Origin: Candidatus Poribacteria bacterium
GTDB taxonomy: Bacteria; Poribacteria; WGA-4E; WGA-3G
Length of the DNA: 64,000 nucleotides
Reading direction: 5' to 3'
Assembly (NCBI GenBank): GCA_965218285.1
Contig: OZ244616.1
Location: forward strand, 1,255,827 to 1,319,826
Below are positions 10,526 to 20,392 of the stretch, piece after piece; position 1 is the first letter of the stretch, and each line of letters starts with the position of its first letter. The position numbers were made by a program, and so were the translations under genes. The notes beneath the pieces were generated by a model that made no database searches, was not told the origin of the DNA, and worked only from the letters and a program-made list of their open reading frames with translations.

Positions 10526-12487
10526 TTAACCCGGTGCAAAATCGTAGATCGGTTCACGGATAATGACACTTAAGACACTCCAGAACGCGCCTACACAGTA
10601 TTCACCAAGGATAACTCCAAAGAAGAAGAAGATCATTCTTCGATATGTTGTGGGACCACCAAATCTGAGTGCCATCCACTTTAGAAATGTACTGATTACG
10701 AGACAACTCCAAAAATACCCCACACCGAATGTCATGGAAATAGGATAGCCTGCAGGGTGTAGGGGCCACCAAATAAAACGCATCCGCATAAACATGAGTA
10801 AAAAGGTAAATCCCATACCGCCTGCCATGAAACTCATAGCTGGGACGTTCGGATCGCGCGGAAAAGCGAAAAGACCGGATAACCATCCGAATTGACCGAT
10901 ATGACCAACTGATGGACCTATTCCACCCCCTGCCCCTGTGATTGCTCCGCCAAGACGGTAAAGTTCACTAAGCGTTGCCCAAAATGCTGATATTGAACCC
11001 AGCACAACAGCAATTAACATCGCCAATACTAAACGTTTCGTGTTCATATTTGCCCGTTCTGCCATCTTAAATGCTTCGAGTTGATGCGGCATGATATGTT
11101 CACGATACCCGCGTCCACTGAAAAACCAAAAGTATGGGAAAACTGTTAGATTGTTCGGACCAATGCGGCGTGTTCCAAGGATATTAACTAAGAATTGTTG
11201 TGCATTACACATCCCCGCCATCTCATGTGCCGGGGGACCCAGTTCAGCGCGCACTCGTGTAATAGCGATTGAGATAGCATAGAAAAATCCGAAGAAGGGA
11301 AGGATAATTGGTAACGTCATGCCTGCTTTCATACAGAACCAGATAATATACAGACTTGCTATGATAATCAATAGGAATGCAGTGCGATATCGGATCGGTT
11401 CCTCTGAATCGTCAATACCTCCCTTCATCCCCATTATAGTTCGGACGACTCGGACAAGATGTCTGCGCGTTACCAATAGCGCGATGACAAAAATCGCCAT
11501 CCAACCCCCTATGGACTGTTCACTGCTATATGGGAAGGGGGCAGGGAACCCGACCGCACTGCCGAAAACGCGTTGAATCTTTTCGAACAGATAGAAGAAC
11601 CATAACGAGAAAGATAGATCAAGTGGTAAAAGGAAACCTAACCCGATTACAAAGGGGTAGAGTGGAACAGGAATATTGCCCACAGCGTTCCAAGGTTTTT
11701 CGGTGAAAAACGTCCCCCAATTCCGAGCATTATGTCGAACGCTGAAATCGGGTAAAATTGGGAAAAAGTGCGCTAACCCGTGCCAAACGTTCAGTAGCGC
11801 GGCGATGATAAATCCATACCATAGGAGTCGGTTTCGGAAGAGCTGCGCTCTGCCGCCACCTTCAGTAATCGCCATCGGGAGCTGGATTATGGGATATGCC
11901 AGTTTTTCGTTTTCAGTCCACTGTTTACGAATGAAGACATTTAGACAAATCATGATGGCACCAAGAGCAAGTATAAATGATGTCCACCACAAGGTTGGCA
12001 ATATCCACGCACCACCAATCTGTGCGTTATAAAACGGGGTATCTCCTTCATAAAATCCGCGCAGTATTTCTTTGTCGGATACAACGAGGTGTTGTGGGAT
12101 ATAACTGTGGAATGTGCCAGCCCAATCGTTCTCTATAGTAGCAAACCAAAACGCATGTGGAAGTGCGGGGATAGTTAAAGCCAACATATCGTGTCCTGCC
12201 AAACCAGAGGCGATCGAAAGCATCGCATATATGGTTATCATCTCACCCTGTTTCAATGCATGTCTTGGTGCTACTCGTTTTATGAAAAGATTTATCAGGA
12301 TTAAGAAAAAGATGTTGAGAACGACATTCCAGAAAAGTGATATAGTGGTTGGATGCCCGGAGTGCCAAACACATTCAACTTCTACAATCCAAAACACGTT
12401 GGGTGGGATTAGGAAAATGGCAATGAGTATGGCACGCCATGTTACACCGAAATCATGACGTTCGTTTTGTTGGCTAAGATTTTGCAC
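10526..12487 (-). CDS. Polytopic membrane protein, putative transporter (DUF6785-like)
   Basis: 653 aa, many TM helices, RKQWTENEKLAYPI, TRVRAELG and WWPLHPAGY motifs. Confidence 0.7.
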   Translation of the reverse strand: MQNLSQQNERHDFGVTWRAILIAIFLIPPNVFWIVEVECVWHSGHPTTISLFWNVVLNIFFLILINLFIKRVAPRHALKQGEMITIYAMLSIASGLAGHDMLALTIPALPHAFWFATIENDWAGTFHSYIPQHLVVSDKEILRGFYEGDTPFYNAQIGGAWILPTLWWTSFILALGAIMICLNVFIRKQWTENEKLAYPIIQLPMAITEGGGRAQLFRNRLLWYGFIIAALLNVWHGLAHFFPILPDFSVRHNARNWGTFFTEKPWNAVGNIPVPLYPFVIGLGFLLPLDLSFSLWFFYLFEKIQRVFGSAVGFPAPFPYSSEQSIGGWMAIFVIALLVTRRHLVRVVRTIMGMKGGIDDSEEPIRYRTAFLLIIIASLYIIWFCMKAGMTLPIILPFFGFFYAISIAITRVRAELGPPAHEMAGMCNAQQFLVNILGTRRIGPNNLTVFPYFWFFSGRGYREHIMPHQLEAFKMAERANMNTKRLVLAMLIAVVLGSISAFWATLSELYRLGGAITGAGGGIGPSVGHIGQFGWLSGLFAFPRDPNVPAMSFMAGGMGFTFLLMFMRMRFIWWPLHPAGYPISMTFGVGYFWSCLVISTFLKWMALRFGGPTTYRRMIFFFFGVILGEYCVGAFWSVLSVIIREPIYDFAPG

Positions 12488-12601
12488 AGTTGATTTCCAA
12501 TATTGGTATACTAATTCGGGTAATCAGAATCTTTGATAAGAATTCCCTCGTGATATAAGGATACATAATTTATGTTGCCTAACAATCCAATATTCTTCAA
12601 G

Positions 12602-14074
12602 TTAAAAATGAGTCAGCGGTTCGTTCTCTTTCAATTCCCATACGCAATGACCAAATTCATGAGCACCGGATGAAGAACCACTAAAGGTTGTCGTTGCTAT
12701 ACCCCATGCTAATTTATAGGCAGAGAGAATTTGTGTCAAAGAGGTTGAGACATCCCCATAGCAGAGCAATGCAACAGTGCCGCCACCGCCACCACCGGTA
12801 ATTTTCGCACCATAGATGCCGCCATGTTCGCCAATTTTTTGTGCTATATTGACGAGTCCATCTATTTCGGGAGAACCAAGTCCAGCCAAATCGCGATAAC
12901 TTGCATTCGATTCATACATAAGGTTGCCTGCTTCTTTGAGATAAACATGGGCGCGATCAGGGTATTGATGGACATTTTTGATGGCTGATATAAATTGCTT
13001 CACACGTTCGTTTTCATAAATCGGATGTTTTACTCGATCCTTGATGGCATATACCTTCTCAGGTTCTACTTGTGTGACAGTATCAACGGTTTCTCCGTAT
13101 TTTTCGAGAAATTCACTACCTTGCATCTGTTCAGGTAACAGCGGTTTGCAATGTTCCTGAAATTCTTGAACAGACAGGTTACATAGATAGTTATCTTTTA
13201 ACTTTTCCCAACCGAGTTCTTTTTTCAAAATCGTTAAACCCATGAACGCTGCGGTGCGCGTGTCAATATAGGCAGTGCTTTTTGTACTTCGAGGTGCTTT
13301 GGTGTGAATGCCAATTATGCTAACATTAGGTGGGCGTTCAATGAATTCAAGGATTTTATCGGGTTGACACAGAATTGAGAGAATTTTGTTCCTCGTCCCA
13401 AGGACAGAAGTCACCTGGTCCATAATACCACAAGGTGCCCCCACGACACGATTTTCAACAATTTGTCCCAACCGTGCAATTTCCATCGCCTTTAATTTCA
13501 AATCGTAGAGATGATTGAGTGCAGTCAAGGTTGCAACTTCAATCGCTGCAGATGAAGCGATACCTGCCCCCATCGGAATATCACTCTTGATAACAGTCAC
13601 TGCACCGTGCGCGAACTTATCAATCTTTTCTTCCTTCAGCAGTGTAAAAAAACAACCGAGTACGTATCCTGCCCACGTTGTTCGTTGTTCTCTGCTGAAA
13701 AGATTACGGATCTGTGTATACGATTTGAGAGTACCTTCAACATAAAAATCATCAAGCGACATCTGAAAACTCGGTTTTAACTGGCTATCAGCTTCAAGCG
13801 TGAGCGCATAGAGATTATTATCTTCCCTTACTTGGCATGCTACGGCAGCCGCGCGGTGGAGCGTCATTTCAAAGACGTTTGATCCGCAATAGTCCGCGAT
13901 GCCTCCCATAATGTCAAGTCTTGCTGGCGCACGTGTAACGATGATCTTCCCCTCCTTCTGTAAGCCATACGGACGGAAGACTTCTGGGGAGTCGCATTGT
14001 AAAAGATATTCAAGTTCATAAACCTGAAGCGATTTTTCTTGGGGACCGTGAAGCTGCTCAACTGTGATACTCAC
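12602..14074 (-). CDS. GHMP sugar kinase (galactokinase/L-arabinokinase-like); original 5' end probably displaced by the tnpB element
   Basis: RAPARLDIMGGIADY, PMGAGIASSAA, CGIMDQ, GAKITGGGGGG motifs; the annotated GTG lies inside the IS right end. Confidence 0.85.
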   Translation of the reverse strand: MSITVEQLHGPQEKSLQVYELEYLLQCDSPEVFRPYGLQKEGKIIVTRAPARLDIMGGIADYCGSNVFEMTLHRAAAVACQVREDNNLYALTLEADSQLKPSFQMSLDDFYVEGTLKSYTQIRNLFSREQRTTWAGYVLGCFFTLLKEEKIDKFAHGAVTVIKSDIPMGAGIASSAAIEVATLTALNHLYDLKLKAMEIARLGQIVENRVVGAPCGIMDQVTSVLGTRNKILSILCQPDKILEFIERPPNVSIIGIHTKAPRSTKSTAYIDTRTAAFMGLTILKKELGWEKLKDNYLCNLSVQEFQEHCKPLLPEQMQGSEFLEKYGETVDTVTQVEPEKVYAIKDRVKHPIYENERVKQFISAIKNVHQYPDRAHVYLKEAGNLMYESNASYRDLAGLGSPEIDGLVNIAQKIGEHGGIYGAKITGGGGGGTVALLCYGDVSTSLTQILSAYKLAWGIATTTFSGSSSGAHEFGHCVWELKENEPLTHF

Positions 14075-14210
14075 GACGGCTAAAGCCGTGTGCTTCTTTT
14101 AGCACACAACCCTCCTCTGTGATTCCTGCTTCCGTCTCTCGTGCCTCCGAATGAGGTCTTACTTGGACTCCACAGGCGTTTAGACTCTCTGTCTATCCGA
14201 CAGCGAGGTG
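14064..14210 (-). ncRNA. TnpB omegaRNA/reRNA scaffold
   Basis: CGCCTGTGGAG...GTAAGAC...GAAGCAGGAA followed by the right-end hairpin, the usual layout downstream of tnpB; boundaries approximate. Confidence 0.7.
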
Positions 14211-15269
14211 TTTTAGGTTTATTGCAGCGTTGACATCTCTATCTATTTGATAGTCGCATTGACTGCAATGATACGTTCTTTCTGATAGTTTTAGTTCTTT
14301 TTTCTTATGTCCGCACTTGCTACAGGTTTTGCTACTTGCAAAGAATTGAGGTGCTTCTGTAACAGGTATTTCCAGTGTTTCCGATTTTGTTTTGAGTTTA
14401 GAAAGGAACCCACCTAATGCACTATCAGATAACGCCTTTGCAAGTTTTCTATTCTTTAGCATGTTCGTTACTTTTAGCGTTTCTATCGCGATACCACTTG
14501 CGCGGTTGACAATATCCGTTGTCCCTTTGTGGTGTGCATCGTTTCTGATACAAGCAATACGATAGTGTGTTCGTGCAATCTTTGCTTTTTGCTTAAACCA
14601 GTTTTTAGACTTGAAAATGCGCCGACTTAACTTGCGTTGTTCTCGTTTTAGTTTTCGCTCATAGCGTTTTAGCGGTCTCGGATTATCATATTTCGTGCCA
14701 TCGCTTAAGGTGGCAAGTGTGTTGATGCCTACATCTATACCGATAACAGGGTGCGTTGAGTTATCAACTGCTTCGGTGTCCTCTGTTTCAACGGTGATAG
14801 ATACAAACCAACGATGTGCTGTCCTTGAAATCGTAACCTTGATAATCTTGCCAACAAAACGCAACTCTTGAAACATTTTTATCCAACCGATTTTGGGCAA
14901 CTTTATTTTCTTGCCTTCAACTCTAACAGCTTGCGCGTCTGTTGTGAAACTTTGTTTATGTCCACGCCCTTTAAACTTCGGAAATTTCGCACGCTTGGAT
15001 ACCCAATTCGCAATGCCTTGACCCAGATTTTTAATAGCATATAACGCAGCACGCTGATCTTGTGAACTTGTCCAATCGTAGCCTTGCTTCGTTTTATTGA
15101 AGTTGTTGTTTAGCGTTTGCCACGACTGGAAGTTATCAGTATCTAATCCTACCTTAAAATCTGATAAGGCTTGATTGTAGGCAAACCTTGCGTAGCCACA
15201 TTGCTGGGAAAACCAACGACTCTGTTTAAAAGTCGGATCTAATGTTATCTTATGTGTTCTGTATGGCAT
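14193..15269 (-). CDS. tnpB: RNA-guided endonuclease TnpB
   Basis: GYARFAYN, VIGIDVG (D), IAIETL (E), SSKTCSKCG/CSQC zinc finger, DRDVNAAINL (D). Confidence 0.95.
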   Translation of the reverse strand: MPYRTHKITLDPTFKQSRWFSQQCGYARFAYNQALSDFKVGLDTDNFQSWQTLNNNFNKTKQGYDWTSSQDQRAALYAIKNLGQGIANWVSKRAKFPKFKGRGHKQSFTTDAQAVRVEGKKIKLPKIGWIKMFQELRFVGKIIKVTISRTAHRWFVSITVETEDTEAVDNSTHPVIGIDVGINTLATLSDGTKYDNPRPLKRYERKLKREQRKLSRRIFKSKNWFKQKAKIARTHYRIACIRNDAHHKGTTDIVNRASGIAIETLKVTNMLKNRKLAKALSDSALGGFLSKLKTKSETLEIPVTEAPQFFASSKTCSKCGHKKKELKLSERTYHCSQCDYQIDRDVNAAINLKHLAVG

Positions 15270-15350
15270 AGTCTGACTCCTGTAGGTTTCTGACTCTCAT
15301 TGACAGTGGTGTGCAGATACTGTCAATATCTGCACTGAGTCAGTCTTATC

Positions 15351-15380
15351 ATTATATCACAAAATATCTCTAAATGTCAA
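15351..15380 (-). promoter_or_regulatory. sigma70 promoter for tnpB
   Basis: TTGACA-18 bp-TATAAT with extended TGn. Confidence 0.75.
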
Positions 15381-15504
15381 GCGTTTTTGGACCCACAGCT
15401 AAAGCAGTGGGATTATCAGTTAATTCCCTTCATTTTTTATATCTATTTTCTGAAAGGTGTTGAATTTGGTATCAGCAATCAATAACAGTTATGTATTTAG
15501 GCTT

Positions 15505-15862
15505 ATACCAATTCTAATTATATACCTCTCTTTTGTAGCACAAACTTTTAGTTTGTGCTGTCCTGAACCGCATTTCATAAAAACCGGTAATGCGACAGGT
15601 ATTTTCAGAAATGGTATTATACCAAATTAACTTGATTTGAAGTTTTCTGATAAAGTCAGGCATTGTGAGGCACGGGGACCTCGCGCTACAGATCAGGTTA
15701 ATTGGGTATTATACCAATATGGTATTATAACGTGAGCTCGGTGTCCGAGATATGAAGTTCTTAATGCTTGAATTCGGACTCTCATAACCGCACCTACCAG
15801 GTTGGAGCTAAGCGGTTACAAACCGCACCTACCGGGTTAGGGACTGCTAAATTGACGCCAAT
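15505..15862. repeat. Cluster of REP-carrying elements
   Basis: ATACCAATTCT...TTCAGAAATGGTAT (15505-15617), ATACCAAATTAAC...GTTAATTGGGTAT (15619-15709), an ACGTGAGCTCGG end near 15730, AACCGCACCTAC REPs and a CTAAATTGACGCC end. Confidence 0.75.
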
Positions 15863-15868
15863 GTTGCC

Positions 15869-17476
15869 TTAAGGATTGACAACCGTGACATTTTCCCCAA
15901 CTTTGAGAGAATGTTGCCCTGCTATGACAACAGATTCTCCTTCATTCAATCCATTGACGACTTCAACCTCACCGCCACGTGAAAGCCCTATTTCTACAGG
16001 ACGGCGTTGACTCACCCCTGCTTCAACAACAAAAACATTCTGTGTTTTCGTCATAGCATCTTCAATAAGTGATGTTCGGGGAACCAGAATAGTATCTTTT
16101 CGCACTTCAATAGGAACGGTAACTTTGGCAAACATACCAGGCTTTAGAGTGCCTGTGGAGTTATCAATACGAAATTCAACGGTTGCGGTGCGCTGCATTG
16201 GTCGTAATGTCGGACTAATGTATGTGATCGTGCCCGATATTGGCGTATTGATCCCATCAATATTAATTAAAGCCTGTTGATTCAATTTTAATTGACTCAA
16301 CTGCGATTCGATGACATCTGTCGTCGCTTTGACTGTATCAATATCCACAATTTCAAATAACGGTGCTGTTGGCATAGCCATGCCACCTAAATCTAAGAAA
16401 CGTTGTGAAACAACACCTGCAATGGGTGCTTCAATTGTGGCATCTCTACGTCGTTTTTTAGCAAGTTTGACCGCAATACTTGCTTGTGTGCGTGCGGTTT
16501 TCGCTATCGTAATTTCCGCTTCCCAACTTTTTGCTTTCTCTAAGGCATGGGTGGATGTAAATCCAGCCTGTGCTGTTTCAACTTGAGATTGCGCGAGGGC
16601 AATGTCTTTTTCCCATGTTTTAGTGGATGCTTGTGCTTGTACGAGTCTTAGCGCAGCCTTTGCCTGTTCAACTTGTGCTTCCATCGCTTGAATATCTTCC
16701 TCACGCGCACCGTTATCAATCAGTTGAACTTGTTCTTTAGCAATTTTATGTTGTGCAGTAACAACATCTAACTGCGTCTGGCTATTTTCCAAAGATTGTT
16801 GACTTATCGCACCGTTTTCAAAGAGTTTTTCCATACGGGCATAGTTATTTTGCGCGTTGACGAGGTTAGCTTTTGCCTGATTCAATCCTGCTTCAGCTTG
16901 CCGCCGGTCTTCATCGCGAGCACCTGTTTTTATTTTTTCCAAATTTGCTACGAGAGATTTTAACCCTGCTTCGGCTTGATCAATTTGCGTGGTTGTGCGA
17001 ATTTTAGCAAGTTCTTTCACCTGTTGTAGCGAAACTTCAGCAGCCTTCAGTTGTGCCTTTGCTTGTGCTACCTGAGAATGGACTTTGACTTTAGCGAGTT
17101 GTTGTGCTTGATAATATCCAGTTTCAGCAGATTCAAGGGTTGCCTCTGCTTGTTGAACTGCAAGTTCTAACTCTTCATGCTCAACGATAGCAAGCGTGTC
17201 TCCTTTTTTAACCTTGTCTCCTTTTTTTACAGAGATGGAAATGATGCGACCAGATATTTTGGGAATTACGTTTACACGAGATTCCGCTTCAATTGTCCCA
17301 GACAACTGAAGTTCTGAACGAATTTCACCGCGTTTGGCTTTCACGATTTCTACAGGTTTAGAAATCTCGGTTTCTGCTTCTTGATCTATTACAGGTTTTG
17401 GAGGTTTCAAAAATCGGAACATTGCGATAGCCGCTATGACTGCAATTAAAATAATGCCAATCCAAATTTTCTTCAA
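15869..17476 (-). CDS. Efflux RND periplasmic adaptor (membrane fusion protein)
   Basis: N-terminal TM helix, VKKGDKVKKGD, long coiled coil, LKPGMFA, GLNEGESVV. Confidence 0.9.
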   Translation of the reverse strand: MKKIWIGIILIAVIAAIAMFRFLKPPKPVIDQEAETEISKPVEIVKAKRGEIRSELQLSGTIEAESRVNVIPKISGRIISISVKKGDKVKKGDTLAIVEHEELELAVQQAEATLESAETGYYQAQQLAKVKVHSQVAQAKAQLKAAEVSLQQVKELAKIRTTTQIDQAEAGLKSLVANLEKIKTGARDEDRRQAEAGLNQAKANLVNAQNNYARMEKLFENGAISQQSLENSQTQLDVVTAQHKIAKEQVQLIDNGAREEDIQAMEAQVEQAKAALRLVQAQASTKTWEKDIALAQSQVETAQAGFTSTHALEKAKSWEAEITIAKTARTQASIAVKLAKKRRRDATIEAPIAGVVSQRFLDLGGMAMPTAPLFEIVDIDTVKATTDVIESQLSQLKLNQQALINIDGINTPISGTITYISPTLRPMQRTATVEFRIDNSTGTLKPGMFAKVTVPIEVRKDTILVPRTSLIEDAMTKTQNVFVVEAGVSQRRPVEIGLSRGGEVEVVNGLNEGESVVIAGQHSLKVGENVTVVNP

Positions 17477-17520
17477 TTGTTTAATTCTCCTTCAGTGAGT
17501 AAGTCAATAGTCCTTCTTTA

Positions 17521-17921
17521 ACGTAAGTTTGATATATAGCAAGTTCTAAACATAAACGGACATTTTCATAGGGGTTAGGTTACCTAACCCCATAGGCGTC
17601 AATTTAGTGGTCCCCAACCCGGTAGGTGCGGTTTCTAACTGCACCTTTTTGTATCAACATCTCAAATAACGCAAAGGACGAGAATATCAGTGTTCGTAGT
17701 CGCGCAATTCATAGCGCCTCTTTTCTTTGAATGTAAGAGGCGCTATGAATTGCGCGACTACAAACGAGTTCTTTCCTTAAATTGACGCTTATGGGGTTAG
17801 GTTACCTAACCCCTACGGGCGAGAACGGACATTTTCATAGGGGTTAGGTTACCTAACCCCTACGGGCGAGAAGACCTCGCCCCTACGAGAAGCCCGACAT
17901 CTTGTTTTATCAAACTCACGT
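17521..17921. repeat. Composite ACGTRAG-type element with nested REP modules
   Basis: ACGTAAGTTTGATA...TATCAAACTCACGT ends; GGGGTTAGGTTACCTAACCCC hairpins; internal GGCGTCAATTTA...TAAATTGACGC module; related to 24052-24184. Confidence 0.75.
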
Positions 17922-17961
17922 CTTCTTTAGATTAAATATCTTCTTTTTAGGTAAAAGTCGT

Positions 17962-19350
17962 CTATTGTATTTTTTGTCCTATTGCTTTTTCGAGTCGTGC
18001 CAGACCGATGACATAATCATGTTGGGCTTGCAGACGGTTGACTTTTGATTGTATTAATGCAAGTTGTGTGTCTGTAAGTTCAACAGTGGTAATCATACCG
18101 TTCTCAAATCGAATTGTTGCAATCCGGACACTCTCTTGTGCCTGCGCCACGGTTTCACGCTGTACATCAATTAGGGTTTTCGCTTCCAGTAAGGCAAGGT
18201 AAGCATTCCGGACCTCAGTCTCAACAACGGACATCACTTGTTCGGTCCCTATCTGGAGCTGCTTTAGAACTGATTCGCTCTGTTTTACTGCTGCACGGGA
18301 TGCAAATCCATCAAAAATTGGGACATTTATTTGCAATCCTAAACTCCAAATACGGTTCATCTCAGTGAGTCTTTCACTATGAGATATCTGATAGTTAGAG
18401 AAAAAAGCGAAGTCAGGAAGGTTTCTGGTCTTCGCAACACTGAGTTGTTTTTGACCGGCTTGTTCGTTGAGTTGTGATCGTGTAATTTCGGGACGTTTTT
18501 CAAGTGCCTGTTTTATTAATTCGTCAAGTTTAATTTTGACTTCGGGTATCTCAAAAGAACCCTCTACTGAAATATCATCAGCGAGGGGTAAGTTAAGTAA
18601 TGTTTTGTAGGCATTTTTTGCTATTTTGACACCATTTTTGGCTCGAATCACTTGTGATTTTGCATTTGCGAGTTGGACTTTCGCACGAAGTACATCAAAG
18701 TTGGTAGCCGCGCCAGCATCAAAGGATGTTTGTGCAATACCGAGTTGCTTTTCAACGAGTTCCACACTTTGTTCAGCAACTTTCACAAATTCTTGTGCGA
18801 TTAACACGCGATAGAATGCCTCATATACATTCAAACGAAGTTTTTCATAGGCAGCAGTTAGTTCTTTTTGTGCTGCTTCGTATCCGAGTTTTGCGGCTTG
18901 GTAACTGTAATAGTAGCGTCCCCAAGCAAAGATAGGTTGCGATAAACTCACAGTGCCTTGAAGATTGTGATGTGCTCCAAACTCCAATTCAATCAGTTCA
19001 GCTTCATTATCTACACTGGGTGTTGACATGTCATTCATCTCTTCACCGGGTATGGGAAATCCGAAACCACCTTCTGCCTGAATAACCGATTTCTGTACGT
19101 CTTTAAAATAGGTATAATTACCACTTGCTGAAATTCGTGGCATCAGTGCAGAACGTGCAACACTAATTTGTGCCTCAGCAGATTTTAGCTTTTGTTCTGC
19201 CGCCAGAATTGTTAGGTTGCTCTGTTTAGCAATTTGTAAACTTTGTTCAAGGTTTAATAACTTAGGTTCTTCCGCGGATATGGATGAGGTTATCAAAAGT
19301 AGCAAAAAGGTTCCTACCCAACTTGAGTAATGGAACCGTGAGAAATTCAT
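17962..19350 (-). CDS. TolC-family outer-membrane efflux protein
   Basis: GGAGG before MNFSRF; ALMPRIS, PIFAWG, PIFDGF, RFENGMIT motifs. Confidence 0.9.
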   Translation of the reverse strand: MNFSRFHYSSWVGTFLLLLITSSISAEEPKLLNLEQSLQIAKQSNLTILAAEQKLKSAEAQISVARSALMPRISASGNYTYFKDVQKSVIQAEGGFGFPIPGEEMNDMSTPSVDNEAELIELEFGAHHNLQGTVSLSQPIFAWGRYYYSYQAAKLGYEAAQKELTAAYEKLRLNVYEAFYRVLIAQEFVKVAEQSVELVEKQLGIAQTSFDAGAATNFDVLRAKVQLANAKSQVIRAKNGVKIAKNAYKTLLNLPLADDISVEGSFEIPEVKIKLDELIKQALEKRPEITRSQLNEQAGQKQLSVAKTRNLPDFAFFSNYQISHSERLTEMNRIWSLGLQINVPIFDGFASRAAVKQSESVLKQLQIGTEQVMSVVETEVRNAYLALLEAKTLIDVQRETVAQAQESVRIATIRFENGMITTVELTDTQLALIQSKVNRLQAQHDYVIGLARLEKAIGQKIQ

Positions 19351-19521
19351 GTGTATTTTTTCCTCCAAATGAGTGCAATATTGTATCTCGCGTCTCACCT
19401 TCAGATCAGGACTATTTAGTTTTAGACTTTTTGTCCATTTTAGACGAAAAGTCGCGATGCGGAGAGTCTTAAATAGAAAATCTAATTAACTTGATTAGAA
19501 GTCTTTTGATATAGCACACGG

Positions 19522-20373
19522 TTGCGAGGCACGGGGACCTCGCACTACAAATCCTGCTAATTTAGTATAAGAGGCGCAATGAATTGCGCGACTACAAACC
19601 CGTTTTTTTGTTTATGAAAAGTCATCATTCAGAAATGGTATAATTCAGCATTGCAAGGCACGGGGACCTTGCACTACAAATCCTGCTAATTTAGTATAAG
19701 AGGCGCAATGAATTGCGCGACTACAAACCCGTTTTTTGTTTATGAAAAGTCATCATTCAGAAATGGTATAATTCAGCATTGTGAGGCACGGGGACCTCAC
19801 ACTACAAATCCTGCTAATTTAGTATAAGAGGCGCAATGAATTGCGCGACTACAAACCCGTTTTTTGTTTATGAAAAGTCATCATTCAGAAATGGTATAAT
19901 TCAGCATTGCAAGGCACGGGGACCTCACACTACAAATCCTGCTAATTTAGTATAAGAGGCGCAATGAATTGCGCGACTACAAACCCGTTTTTTGTTTATG
20001 AAAAGTCATCATTCAGAAATGGTATAATTCAGCATTGCAAGGCACGGGGACCTTGCACTACAAATCGGTTAATTTAGTATAAGAGGCGCGTGAATTGCGC
20101 GACTACAAACCCGTTTTTTGTTTATGAAAAGTCATCATTCAGAAATGGTATAATTCAGCATTGTGAGGCACGGGGACCTTGCACTACAAATCCTGCTAAT
20201 TTAGTATAAGAGGCGCGTGAATTGCGCGACTACAAACCCGTTTTTTGTTTATGAAAAGTCATCATTCAGAAATGGTATAATTCAGCATTGTGAGGCACGG
20301 GGACCTCACACTACAAATCCTGCTAATTTAGTATAAGAGGCGCGTGAATTGCGCGACTACAAACCCGTTTTTT
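19522..20373. repeat. Tandem array of ~6.7 x 126-129-bp units, each with two different REP hairpins
   Basis: Unit starts 19522, 19651, 19779, 19907, 20035, 20161, 20288. Confidence 0.95.
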
Positions 20374-20392
20374 GCTGGTGTAAAGATAGATT

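Larger units (their letters stand above)
14064..15419 (-). mobile_element. tnpB-only IS200/IS605-family element
   Basis: Subterminal hairpins CCCACTGCTTTAGCTGTGGG (left) and CACACGGCTTTAGCCGTCGTG (right); right end TCAC matches the GAAG hairpin foot; left junction after TTAA is less certain. Confidence 0.85.

Noticed and set aside
15869-19350. Complete RND efflux operon
   Set aside because: Only TolC and adaptor are present; no inner-membrane transporter adjacent
19522-20373. Integron attC array or tRNA cluster
   Set aside because: No cassettes between units, no integrase, no cloverleaf
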